From NCBI GenBank assembly GCA_963664705.1, contig OY761556.1:704001-768000 (forward strand): DNA of 64,000 nucleotides, written 5' to 3'. Below are positions 41,701 to 50,500 of the stretch, piece by piece. The notes beneath the pieces were generated by a model. The model was not told the DNA's origin. It saw only the letters and a list, made by a program, of their open reading frames with translations, and ran no database searches. Positions within the stretch are counted from its first letter, which is position 1. Each line of letters begins with the position of its first letter. This DNA is from Acidobacteriota bacterium. Its GTDB lineage: Bacteria; Acidobacteriota; UBA6911. The position numbers and the translations under genes were made by a program.

Positions 41701-42526
41701 TGATGTCTCCTGAATGGGTATAGAAAGGGATCGCTGCAAAAAGTTGTTCAGGCGCATTTCCTTCATGCCAGTTTAAGACCGGACTGAGCCGGACCACATT
41801 CCCGACTATCACCAGCATTGGTGTTGCCGGGTTCACATCGGTTACACCGGCGTCGATATCCTCAAGCGTCCCCAATACGGTTTGCTGATCCGGCAGCGTT
41901 GCTCTGCTGATGACCGCAATCGGAGTGTTGGGGGCGAGGCCGCCCGCCATCAGCGAACAGACGATTTCAGCCAGTTGCAGCCCGCCCATGTAAACCACCA
42001 GTGTGTCCACGGATTTGGCAATATCGGATAAGGATCGGTTCTTCGGGGCGGTCCTGAAATCCCTTGGAGTTACAAATGCAATTGAAGAGGAGATCGCGCG
42101 GTGAGTCAGCGGGATGCCCGAATAGCTGGCGGCCCCCAGTGCGGAGGTGACTCCGGGTATGATCTCAAAACGGATCCCGTGTTGCTTGCAGGCAAGAGCT
42201 TCTTCCCCTCCGCGTCCGAACAGAAGAGGATCGCCTCCCTTCAGTCTCACGACCGTCTTGCCCGATTTGGCAGAGGCAATGATCCTTTCATTGATGGCCC
42301 ACTGTTCCATCGCCCGCTTGCCGCAGCGCTTCCCGACAAAGACCCTTTCGGCTCCATGCCCGGCATATTGAAATATTTCCGGGTTGACGAGCGCATCGTA
42401 AAAGATGATGTCCGCCTTGCGAAGGGCCTGCATGCCTTTGATTGTGAGCAGATCGACGGCTCCAGGGCCCGCTCCCACGATAAAAACCTGGGGCATATCC
42501 AATTTGGTGGCAGCCTTTCTATTCAT
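41669..42526 (-). CDS. cobA: Uroporphyrinogen-III C-methyltransferase (SUMT)
   Basis: VGAGPG, VRLKGGDP, FGRGGEE, IPGVTS, IPLTHR. Confidence 0.93.
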   Translation of the reverse strand: MNRKAATKLDMPQVFIVGAGPGAVDLLTIKGMQALRKADIIFYDALVNPEIFQYAGHGAERVFVGKRCGKRAMEQWAINERIIASAKSGKTVVRLKGGDPLLFGRGGEEALACKQHGIRFEIIPGVTSALGAASYSGIPLTHRAISSSIAFVTPRDFRTAPKNRSLSDIAKSVDTLVVYMGGLQLAEIVCSLMAGGLAPNTPIAVISRATLPDQQTVLGTLEDIDAGVTDVNPATPMLVIVGNVVRLSPVLNWHEGNAPEQLFAAIPFYTHSGDINEALGESRII

Positions 42527-43130
42527 CGATCCGAATCCTCCCTGGCTGAGCCTGATCCATCTGATCCAGTACGCGGCGAATAACCGCTTTACGCTCCTGC
42601 ATATCTTCGGGAATGTGGATTTTAAGATGTCTGCGCAACTGACCTAGTTCTATGGCGAATGCATCCAGGGTGGCTGGCAGCACTTCCTCGAGCCGCTCCC
42701 GCAACCATGCCGCGAGGACCGGACTGTTGCCGTCGGTGGAAATGGAGATTTTCAGTGCGCCGCGATCCACAATGGCGGGGAAGAAGAAATCGCTTTGCTC
42801 CGCCTGATCGACAATGTTGCACAGTATGTTCCGGCGATTTGCTTCTTCGAAGATTGTCTGCTGGACTGTTCGGTCATTGGTTGCGCCTATGACGATCGAA
42901 TAGGCGTTGCAAATATCCGAACGCAATAGCGGCCGCTGATGAAGCTGAAGGGAACCCTCAACCGCAAGATCAACGATGGACGGCATGGCCTCACGGGCGA
43001 TTACCGTGACTTTTGCCGAGGCCGACAGCATTTGTGATATACGAGTGAATGCCGTTTTTCCGCCTCCAACGATCAATACATGTCGACCGCTCAATTTCAG
43101 TGAGATTGGGAAGGTTTGACTGGTGGGCAT
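42519..43130 (-). CDS. Precorrin-2 dehydrogenase / sirohydrochlorin ferrochelatase (SirC / CysG N-terminal type)
   Basis: VLIVGGG NAD-binding motif, CNIVD, ISTDGNSP; start placed at MPTSQTFP. Confidence 0.88.
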   Translation of the reverse strand: MPTSQTFPISLKLSGRHVLIVGGGKTAFTRISQMLSASAKVTVIAREAMPSIVDLAVEGSLQLHQRPLLRSDICNAYSIVIGATNDRTVQQTIFEEANRRNILCNIVDQAEQSDFFFPAIVDRGALKISISTDGNSPVLAAWLRERLEEVLPATLDAFAIELGQLRRHLKIHIPEDMQERKAVIRRVLDQMDQAQPGRIRIDE

Positions 43131-43352
43131 AGGCCTTGTTCCGAACTCCGGTTCATTCGCGATGACGCGCTGAAAAAACTTTAGAATTGAAGGATAGAGC
43201 CTTGGATTGCATGGCGGATATGCGTCATGAATTTTCAGGCCTGCCTCAATCCGGTATATGGAAACATGCAAGATCGTATGCATTTATGTATGCGGACGAT
43301 CTCAAGTAGTGGAAGCAGAAAGGAATGGATGCCGACGGGCTTGTATCGTGGT

Positions 43353-43457
43353 CTAGGACGCTGCGCAAGTCCATGCCGCGAGCCATGCCGTCGGCCGTCT
43401 ACAACAGCATCCGGGGCGGTTAGCGGTCTGGAATGTGCTTCTGCGTAATGAACTCAT
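43353..43457 (-). CDS. Putative leaderless polycysteine leader peptide MSSLRRSTFQTANRPGCCCRRPTAWLAAWTCAAS (34 aa)
   Basis: Translated by hand; TGC TGT TGT codons; the ATG follows the -10 hexamer of a consensus-like promoter after a 7-nt spacer; located ahead of the siroheme/cys operon. Confidence 0.7.
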   Translation of the reverse strand: MSSLRRSTFQTANRPGCCCRRPTAWLAAWTCAAS

Positions 43458-43464
43458 GGCGCAA

Positions 43465-43493
43465 ATTCTAAAGATGGGAAGTGTGAGTGTCAA
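43465..43493 (-). promoter_or_regulatory. Sigma70 promoter of the cys operon
   Basis: Minus strand TTGACA (43493-43488), 17-nt spacer, TAGAAT (43470-43465). Confidence 0.8.
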
Positions 43494-43595
43494 TAAAAAT
43501 GTGATAAAAAGGTGCCACAAAGTAGTAGAAGCGAATGGAGGAGTTCATAAAATAAGGAGCCGGGCACTATAAAAGCAAAAACCTATGGTAATAAC

Positions 43596-43624
43596 TTGAC
43601 ACGATATGCTTGGCATTGTACAAA
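43596..43624 (+). promoter_or_regulatory. Possible sigma70 promoter of the sulfite reductase gene
   Basis: TTGACA, 17-nt spacer, TACAAA. Confidence 0.45.
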
Positions 43625-43674
43625 GCGTCGAATCGGCAACGATGGATCGGCTATTGGGGAAAAGGCAAAGAATT

Positions 43675-45375
43675 ATGGGGAACCCAGACTACGCTTTCCC
43701 GTTGGAACTGAAAACGGATATTGACGAATACGAACGGAATGTCCGGGCGTTTCTTTCGGCGGGAATGGAGCCTGAAATATTCAAGGCAAAAAGAGTGCCA
43801 TATGGCGTTTATGAGCAAAGAAATGACGGGACCTATATGGTTCGCGTCAGGGTTACGGCCGGGCGTCTGACCTGTGAGCAGGTCCGAGTGTTGTCCGATT
43901 TGTGCATGGCCTTTGGCGATGGACGGCTGCACATTACCACGCGGCAAGACATTCAGTTTCATAGCGTGTCTATTGGGGAAACCCCGATTATCATGAGGCG
44001 ACTTCTTGAAGTGGGCCTTACCACCAAAGGGGGGGGCGGGAATACGGTTAGAAATATCACCGCATGTCCCTATGCCGGCATATGCCCCAACGAAAACCTG
44101 GATGTAAACCCACAGGCACATCAACTGACGGATTACCTTATACGGCAGGCCGGCAGCTACACGCTTCCGAGAAAATACAAGATCTCGTTCAGCGGTTGCG
44201 GGGCCGATTGCGGTCTGGCGCAAATAGCGGACCTTGGATTCATCGGCGCAATAAGACATGGAAGGCCGGGTTTCCATGTATTCGCGGGTGGCGGTTTGGG
44301 TGTCAGTTCCAGGATTGGCGCGCCGTTACTGCATTGGGTACCGACGACAGATGTGATCCGGATTGCCGAATCTGTGCGAAGAGTATTTGACCGGCACGGA
44401 GATCGCAGCAACCGAAGTCGTGCCCGGCTGCGTTTTGTTGTGGAGAGGCTCGGAGAATCGCCCTTCCGAGATGCATTTCGCGGCGAATTCGATAAGATAA
44501 TCAGAAACGGTGTTCCTGAGTCCGTTAGCTCGAATCTGCGGCGAGAGCGCGAGGCCATTCAGCCGCAGACTCCGATTCTTGAAAAAGGCTGTGGGATACG
44601 CTACCTGAAGCAGGTTCAGGATGGATACATAACGATTCCGCTCCACATAAAACTGGGGCTTGTTTCCGCAGAAGAGTTTGCGCGGCTTGGCGATCTGGCT
44701 GCGCGCTTTAGCGAAAGCCGGGATATTTACGCCACTCGAGCGCAGGGACTTCAATTGCGATTTGTCAAAGAGGAAAATCTGCCTTTGCTGGCAGGAGAAT
44801 TACTGCAAATGAAGGCCGACTATATTGACCGCGGATCATTGACCCAGCGAATAGTATCCTGCACCGGAGCTGATACCTGCCGATTGGGGCTTTGTCTCTC
44901 GCGAAATGCTTCGCTCGCCTGCGAAGAGCGACTCAAGGAAAGCGGCATTATAGAGAAGGAGCTTAAAGGACTGTCCATCTTCATCAACGGCTGCCCCAAT
45001 GGTTGCGGTCATCAGCCCATCGCGCCTGTCGGCTTTTCGGGATGTGCCCAGCGAGTTGATGGTCGCCTGGTGCCTGCCTATAAAGTAACACTTGGGGGAA
45101 GGTGCGAATTCCAGCGTGCACGGCTTGGCATTGCTATCGGTCAAATACCTGCAAAAGCGATACCTGCTTTTCTATGCGCGCTGGCCGCCGATTTCGGCGA
45201 GAAGGGGGGCGCGGGGGAAGCCTTCTCCAATTATTTCGACCGCATGGGCAAAGCCCATTTTGTGAATATTCTGAATCGACACGCGACCGTGCCGCGTTTT
45301 GAAGATGCGCCGGACTACTACTTTGATTTCGGAGCCGACGAATTGTTTTCGCTTGTCCGGCGAGACAGCAAATAG
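43675..45375 (+). CDS. Ferredoxin-dependent sulfite (or nitrite) reductase, siroheme/4Fe-4S
   Basis: YMVRVR, HITTRQDIQ, LPRKYKI, SCTGADTC and NGCPNGC ligand motifs; divergent from the cys operon; start moved from 43606 to 43675 because a promoter overlaps the longer start. Confidence 0.88.
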   Translation: MGNPDYAFPLELKTDIDEYERNVRAFLSAGMEPEIFKAKRVPYGVYEQRNDGTYMVRVRVTAGRLTCEQVRVLSDLCMAFGDGRLHITTRQDIQFHSVSIGETPIIMRRLLEVGLTTKGGGGNTVRNITACPYAGICPNENLDVNPQAHQLTDYLIRQAGSYTLPRKYKISFSGCGADCGLAQIADLGFIGAIRHGRPGFHVFAGGGLGVSSRIGAPLLHWVPTTDVIRIAESVRRVFDRHGDRSNRSRARLRFVVERLGESPFRDAFRGEFDKIIRNGVPESVSSNLRREREAIQPQTPILEKGCGIRYLKQVQDGYITIPLHIKLGLVSAEEFARLGDLAARFSESRDIYATRAQGLQLRFVKEENLPLLAGELLQMKADYIDRGSLTQRIVSCTGADTCRLGLCLSRNASLACEERLKESGIIEKELKGLSIFINGCPNGCGHQPIAPVGFSGCAQRVDGRLVPAYKVTLGGRCEFQRARLGIAIGQIPAKAIPAFLCALAADFGEKGGAGEAFSNYFDRMGKAHFVNILNRHATVPRFEDAPDYYFDFGADELFSLVRRDSK

Positions 45376-45666
45376 TAATGGCGCCCAGCCGGATTGGCTG
45401 CTTTTGATTTGTCCTATTCACCCACATGGTTGTTTGATCGGCATCACAATCCATTCGCGAGGTGCGTCCACTTTCTGCTTCATTCTTTCGCAATTCTCAT
45501 AGAGATCATCGCAGTGAGTAAAACTACCGATGCCCAATTAGGTATTTTTGCCGGTAAGTAAATAGCTGCCTCCTCCCGTCATAAGAGCTGAACACAAGAA
45601 GCATAACTGGCCCAATTGGACGCCCGCGTTGGGTTTGTGATCTCAACTGTACGTTGGAGATATGAC

Positions 45667-48600
45667 ATGAATAGATGCAGATGGTTAATGTACGTGTGCC
45701 TGCTGGCAGCAGCGGGCGTGCAGTGGTTCTGTATGGACGGGACTGCCCAGGCACAGACGAACAGCGAAAATGCGAAAGCGAAACGTAGAATTACGCAGGC
45801 TGAAAGAGAGGCTGCAGCCAACAGGCTGAAAGAGATGAAGGCAGCGGCCTCTGCCAATTCCAAAAATGCGGCGCAGGCATCTTCCGGTGCCACGAAGGCG
45901 GCGAAGCCGGCCGCTTCTTCATCCGGCCGACAGGTTGCAGGTCGCACTCCATCCGCGGCCGCGCTTGCTGCCGGTGCCGGGCTTCAGGTCGGAGCCAACG
46001 GATATCTTATCCCCGATTATTTTGGCAGCGGGAATTGGGCTTTCAGCCCGCCGATCAGGAAGTTCGTTGACACATTGCCCGGAGTTGGATCGGGTGGTTC
46101 GAACAACCTGGGCAACTACCTGCCTGTGGCCGTGCCTGAAGTGCTTGCGGCTTCCGGCGGGACTCCGGAATCGGACTATTATGTCCTTGCCCTTGTGGAA
46201 TTCAGCCAACAGATGCACCGGGATCTGGCACCCACGAGATTGAGGGGATATGTTCAGTTGGAAAGACCCGCGATTCAGGGGGCCGGCTCACATTATCCTT
46301 TGGTGTATCCGGACGGCTCGGCCATCAGGGATGCCAATGGGAACCAGCTTTATGCCATGGACAAACCCCGGTATCTGGGACCCTTGATTCTCTCTCAAAA
46401 GGACCGTCCCGTACGCGTCAAATTCATCAATAAGCTGCCACGCGGTTCCGCCGGTAATCTTTCCATTCCGACCGATACCAGTGTGATGGGGGCGGGCCCG
46501 GGGCCCAATGCCGCCTGGGGATCGGCAGGGCCGGATATCCTGTGCAAAGCCGATCCTGTTAGTGGCGCCATCCCCTATGACTGTTTTACTCAAAACCGTG
46601 CCACGCTCCATCTGCACGGCGGCCTGACGCCCTGGATTAGTGATGGAACCCCGCATCAGTGGATCACTCCTGCGGGTGAGTTGACGCCTTACGTCAAGGG
46701 AGTCAGCCTGTATAACGTTCCGGATATGCCCAATCCCGGCGATGGGGCCAACCTCGATTGCACCAGCCCGGCCGGAGATTTCTGCGGCGCTCAGACCTTC
46801 TACTGGACGAACCAGCAGAGTGCCCGAATGCTGTTTTACCATGACCACGCATCCGGACTCACACGCCTCAATGTTTACGTCGGCGAAGCAGCGGGTTACC
46901 TGATCAGCGATCCGACGGAGGCCGCCCTAGTGGCGGACGGTATCATTCCCGGGAATCAGATTCCGCTCGTCATTCAGGATAAGAGTTTCGTGGATGCCAC
47001 GCCTCTTCCTGACGGCACTCCCACCATTCTCCGGGATGATCCTACCTGGAATTGGGGGACCGGTTCATTGGCTGCGGCAAACGCCTCGGGTTATCGCCAG
47101 CGAACGCCCATAACGGGAGATCTCTGGTATCCGCATGTTTATTCACCCGCGCAAAATCCTCAGGATGCTCTCGGACTCAATGCCTATGGTCGCTGGATGT
47201 ATGGGCCATGGTTTTTCCCGCCGACCACCAACATTACTTATCCTCCGGTTGCCAATCCCTATTACGATTGCGGTCCCGGCGGGCCATGCACGGCACCCTG
47301 GCAGCCGTCTCTAATGCCGGGGACGCCTCAGCCGTCCGCTCCCGGAGAATCCTTCATGGATACGGCAATGGTGAACGGTGCGGCATTTCCTACCGTTACA
47401 CTGGATCCCAAAAGCTATCGTTTCCGGATTCTGAATGCGGCTAACGATAGATTCTTCAATCTGTCCATGTATCTGGCAGACTCTTCGGTCACCAGTGCCG
47501 ATGGCCGAACCAATACGGAAGTTAAGGTTGTTCCCGCCGCCGCCACCGCCGGTTTCCCGGCGAAATGGCCGACCGACGGGCGCGATGGGGGAGTTCCGGA
47601 CCCGGCAACGATGGGGCCGGACTGGGTTCAAATTGGGAATGAAGCCGGTTTTTTGCCCGCTCCGGCGGTGATCCCGCCGCTTCCGACCATCTTCAATGCT
47701 GATCCGACGCAGTTCACCTTTGGGAACGTGATTGATCATTCGCTGCTGCTGGCACCGGCCGAGCGCGCCGACGTTATCGTCGATTTCTCAGCCTATGCCG
47801 GGAAGACCCTGATTCTGTACAATGACGCTCCCGCTGCCTTCCCCGCGCGCGATCCTCGCGTCGATTATTTCACCGATGCCCCGGATCTTCGCTCTACCGG
47901 TGGACACAGTGGACCCAAAGCCGGCTTTGGTCCCAATACGCGCACCGTAATGCAGATCGTCATCAGAAACACAACTCCGGATCCGGCCTTTAATCTTGCA
48001 GCTCTGCAGGCCAGATTCAATCCAACCAACGGGGCAACCGGTGTGTTTGCAAGCTCGCAAAACCCGGTTATTGTCGGGCAGAGTGATTATGATACCGCCT
48101 ACAATAAGACTTTCCCCGCCACCTACCCGAATTGGGGAAAAGTGACCATCGATATGTGGAATCTGCCCTTCGAGACTGTGGATGGCCGATCCATGACAAT
48201 CCCGCTTCAGCCAAAGGCTATGCACGATGAAATGGGCGCAGCCTACGATGAATACGGAAGAATGAGCACCAAACTAGGCCTCGAGATGTTGCCTCCCACT
48301 GCAACCACCCAGAATTTCATTCTGCGCAGCTATATCGACCCACCGAGCGAAATCATCTCGGATTCAGGGACGGTTGGCTATCCGCAACTGGGGGATGGAA
48401 CACAGATATGGAGAATCACACATCATGGAGTCGACACTCACCCGATTCACTTCCATCTCTTTGATGTTCAGGTCATCAATCGCATTGGTTGGGATAACCT
48501 GATCATTCCCACAGACCCCAACGAATTGGGGTGGAAGGAAACTGTTCGAATCAGCCCGTTGCAGGATACGATTGTTGCATTGAGACCGGTTGCCCCCAAG

Positions 48601-49695
48601 TTGCCTTTTGGCATACCGGACAGCAACCGTCCATTGAATCCAGCAATGCCGCTGGGCTCTCCGGATGGATTCAGTAATGTCGGACCCGATGGCAATGCGC
48701 TGCCATCCCCGGTAACCAACCAGATCATGAATTTTGGTTGGGAATACGTGTGGCATTGCCACATCCTGAGCCATGAAGAGATGGACATGATGCGGCCGAT
48801 CTATTTCTCGGTTGCGCAGGTGGCTCCCGCGGCACCGACCCTCAATTCCGTGACCGCGCCCGCAATTGCACCGCCGACTGCCTTGCAGATCAACCTTGTG
48901 TTCCATCGTAATTCAACCAACGAGATAGGATTTCAGATCCAGCGCGCTACCGCGTTGGCTGGTCCGTTCAGCAATGTCGGGTCGGCGCTGGCAAATGCAA
49001 CATCCTATATCGATAAAACCGTCCTGCAGGGTAGAACGTACTTCTACCGGGTTGTCGCCTACAATGCCCAGGGAAACTCCGCCTCGTCGAATGTTCTCTC
49101 CGCTACCACCGCGGCCAGGATTCCTTCGATTCCCACCGGGTTGATCCCTTCCGCGACAGCAACCCCATCGCTGCGTGTGAACCTGACCTGGACGATTGTC
49201 GACGCCAATCTGACTGGGGCAACGATCCAGAGGGCGACCAATCTCGGATTTACCGCCGGGTTGACCACGTTTGCCGTCAATTCGGCCAATCCAACGGCTT
49301 ATACCGACATGACGGTAGCGGCCAACAGCACCTATTATTACCGTGTTGCGGTAACCAATTCCGCCGGAACATCGGCTTATTCAGCGGCAGTAATTGTTGT
49401 GACTCCCGGCGCTCTGGCTGCTCCGACAAACCTGAGGACCACGCTTGTGGTACAAAGGACCACCGGACAGAATAACGGGCGAATCATTCTTGCCTGGAAT
49501 GCAACGGCGGGCGCTTCCGGTTATCAAGTGTGGAGAAGCGTCAACGGCGGCGCATTTGCGCAGGTTGGAACAACCACGCTGACAACCTTCCAAAACAGCA
49601 ATCTGGCCGCGGGCACCTATCTTTACGAGGTGCGCGCAACCAATGGCACTGTGCTTTCACCTTTTTCAAACATTTTGACCGTAGTGATTAATTGA
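45667..49695 (+). CDS. Large secreted multicopper oxidase (CotA/MofA/OmpB-like) with three C-terminal fibronectin type III domains
   Basis: All four Cu motifs present: HLHGG, FYHDHA, HPIHFH, WHCHILSHEEMDMM; signal peptide; GGAGA SD before ATG 45667. Confidence 0.9.
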   Translation: MNRCRWLMYVCLLAAAGVQWFCMDGTAQAQTNSENAKAKRRITQAEREAAANRLKEMKAAASANSKNAAQASSGATKAAKPAASSSGRQVAGRTPSAAALAAGAGLQVGANGYLIPDYFGSGNWAFSPPIRKFVDTLPGVGSGGSNNLGNYLPVAVPEVLAASGGTPESDYYVLALVEFSQQMHRDLAPTRLRGYVQLERPAIQGAGSHYPLVYPDGSAIRDANGNQLYAMDKPRYLGPLILSQKDRPVRVKFINKLPRGSAGNLSIPTDTSVMGAGPGPNAAWGSAGPDILCKADPVSGAIPYDCFTQNRATLHLHGGLTPWISDGTPHQWITPAGELTPYVKGVSLYNVPDMPNPGDGANLDCTSPAGDFCGAQTFYWTNQQSARMLFYHDHASGLTRLNVYVGEAAGYLISDPTEAALVADGIIPGNQIPLVIQDKSFVDATPLPDGTPTILRDDPTWNWGTGSLAAANASGYRQRTPITGDLWYPHVYSPAQNPQDALGLNAYGRWMYGPWFFPPTTNITYPPVANPYYDCGPGGPCTAPWQPSLMPGTPQPSAPGESFMDTAMVNGAAFPTVTLDPKSYRFRILNAANDRFFNLSMYLADSSVTSADGRTNTEVKVVPAAATAGFPAKWPTDGRDGGVPDPATMGPDWVQIGNEAGFLPAPAVIPPLPTIFNADPTQFTFGNVIDHSLLLAPAERADVIVDFSAYAGKTLILYNDAPAAFPARDPRVDYFTDAPDLRSTGGHSGPKAGFGPNTRTVMQIVIRNTTPDPAFNLAALQARFNPTNGATGVFASSQNPVIVGQSDYDTAYNKTFPATYPNWGKVTIDMWNLPFETVDGRSMTIPLQPKAMHDEMGAAYDEYGRMSTKLGLEMLPPTATTQNFILRSYIDPPSEIISDSGTVGYPQLGDGTQIWRITHHGVDTHPIHFHLFDVQVINRIGWDNLIIPTDPNELGWKETVRISPLQDTIVALRPVAPKLPFGIPDSNRPLNPAMPLGSPDGFSNVGPDGNALPSPVTNQIMNFGWEYVWHCHILSHEEMDMMRPIYFSVAQVAPAAPTLNSVTAPAIAPPTALQINLVFHRNSTNEIGFQIQRATALAGPFSNVGSALANATSYIDKTVLQGRTYFYRVVAYNAQGNSASSNVLSATTAARIPSIPTGLIPSATATPSLRVNLTWTIVDANLTGATIQRATNLGFTAGLTTFAVNSANPTAYTDMTVAANSTYYYRVAVTNSAGTSAYSAAVIVVTPGALAAPTNLRTTLVVQRTTGQNNGRIILAWNATAGASGYQVWRSVNGGAFAQVGTTTLTTFQNSNLAAGTYLYEVRATNGTVLSPFSNILTVVIN

Positions 49696-49794
49696 TGCGC
49701 CTCGACTGACAGGGACGCAATCCCTGTCGGCCACGTGGCTGGTAGAGAAGCCACGCTCTACCAGCCACATCCTTTGATTATGGAGGAAGTACAG

Positions 49795-50439
49795 ATGAAA
49801 AAGTCACTAATAGCCATACCGCTTATCCTGATGGGCCTTCTGGCAACGCCTGCGTGGGCCACAATGGTGAATGTTGATTTTAATGAATTAGGGCTCGATA
49901 ACATTGACCTGACAGTGGGACGCAATCCGGCCGGATGGGTCGGGTACACGATGCAGGATGGAATTACTTTCCTGTATGACTACAGCGGAGAGGATCCGCT
50001 GGCCGCCTGGCTTAGCAATACCGGAATTTTTGGTGATACCGGCCCCGCGCTGCAGTTTGATTTCGGACTTACCAACCCGACCGGGCTTGCGAATAGCCTG
50101 TTGGTCGATTATACGCTCCTCAATGTCCCGTTTGATCCCAGCAGCCCTCCCGATCTGGTGACAGACGCCTTGTTTGTGATGTTTGATACGGGAGATTTCG
50201 TTTCTTCCAATGCGGCCTTCGTAGCGGACTCCAATGGCGTCGGCACCGCTACCGGGCAGTTGAGTTATCAGGGGCCTGCATTCAGTCAGGCGCTCCTGCT
50301 TTTTTATAGCCCCCCCACATCCTTTTTTGACGTTTCGGCTGTTTCCTATTCTCCTGTTCCGGAGCCGGGCACTCTGGTTCTGCTTGCATCGGGAATTTTA
50401 GGGATGATTGGGTTCGGAAGATATGTGAAGGTGCGCTGA
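49795..50439 (+). CDS. PEP-CTERM sorting-domain protein
   Basis: Signal peptide; C-terminal VPEPGTLVLLASGILGMIGFGRYVKVR; GGAGG SD. Confidence 0.92.
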   Translation: MKKSLIAIPLILMGLLATPAWATMVNVDFNELGLDNIDLTVGRNPAGWVGYTMQDGITFLYDYSGEDPLAAWLSNTGIFGDTGPALQFDFGLTNPTGLANSLLVDYTLLNVPFDPSSPPDLVTDALFVMFDTGDFVSSNAAFVADSNGVGTATGQLSYQGPAFSQALLLFYSPPTSFFDVSAVSYSPVPEPGTLVLLASGILGMIGFGRYVKVR

Positions 50440-50500
50440 GACCATTCCGCTAAACCAAGGGGGCGGATCCATCATTCGCTCCCTTCCTGATCGGGAGCCT

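Noticed and set aside
41669-41766. cobA/cysH overlap as a possible frameshift or fusion
   Set aside because: Both proteins look complete; with the SD-supported ATG at 41700 the overlap is only 32 bp
43131-43283. N-terminal extension of the precorrin-2 dehydrogenase ORF
   Set aside because: Family similarity begins at MPTSQTFP; the extension is more likely 5' leader
45300-45420. Possible truncation of the sulfite reductase before a TusA-like C-terminal extension
   Set aside because: No continuation is evident in other frames and the catalytic motifs are complete
49708-49728. GGGACGCAA resembling part of a c-di-GMP-I riboswitch
   Set aside because: The GGCAAA and GAAA tetraloop elements are absent; it is a simple hairpin
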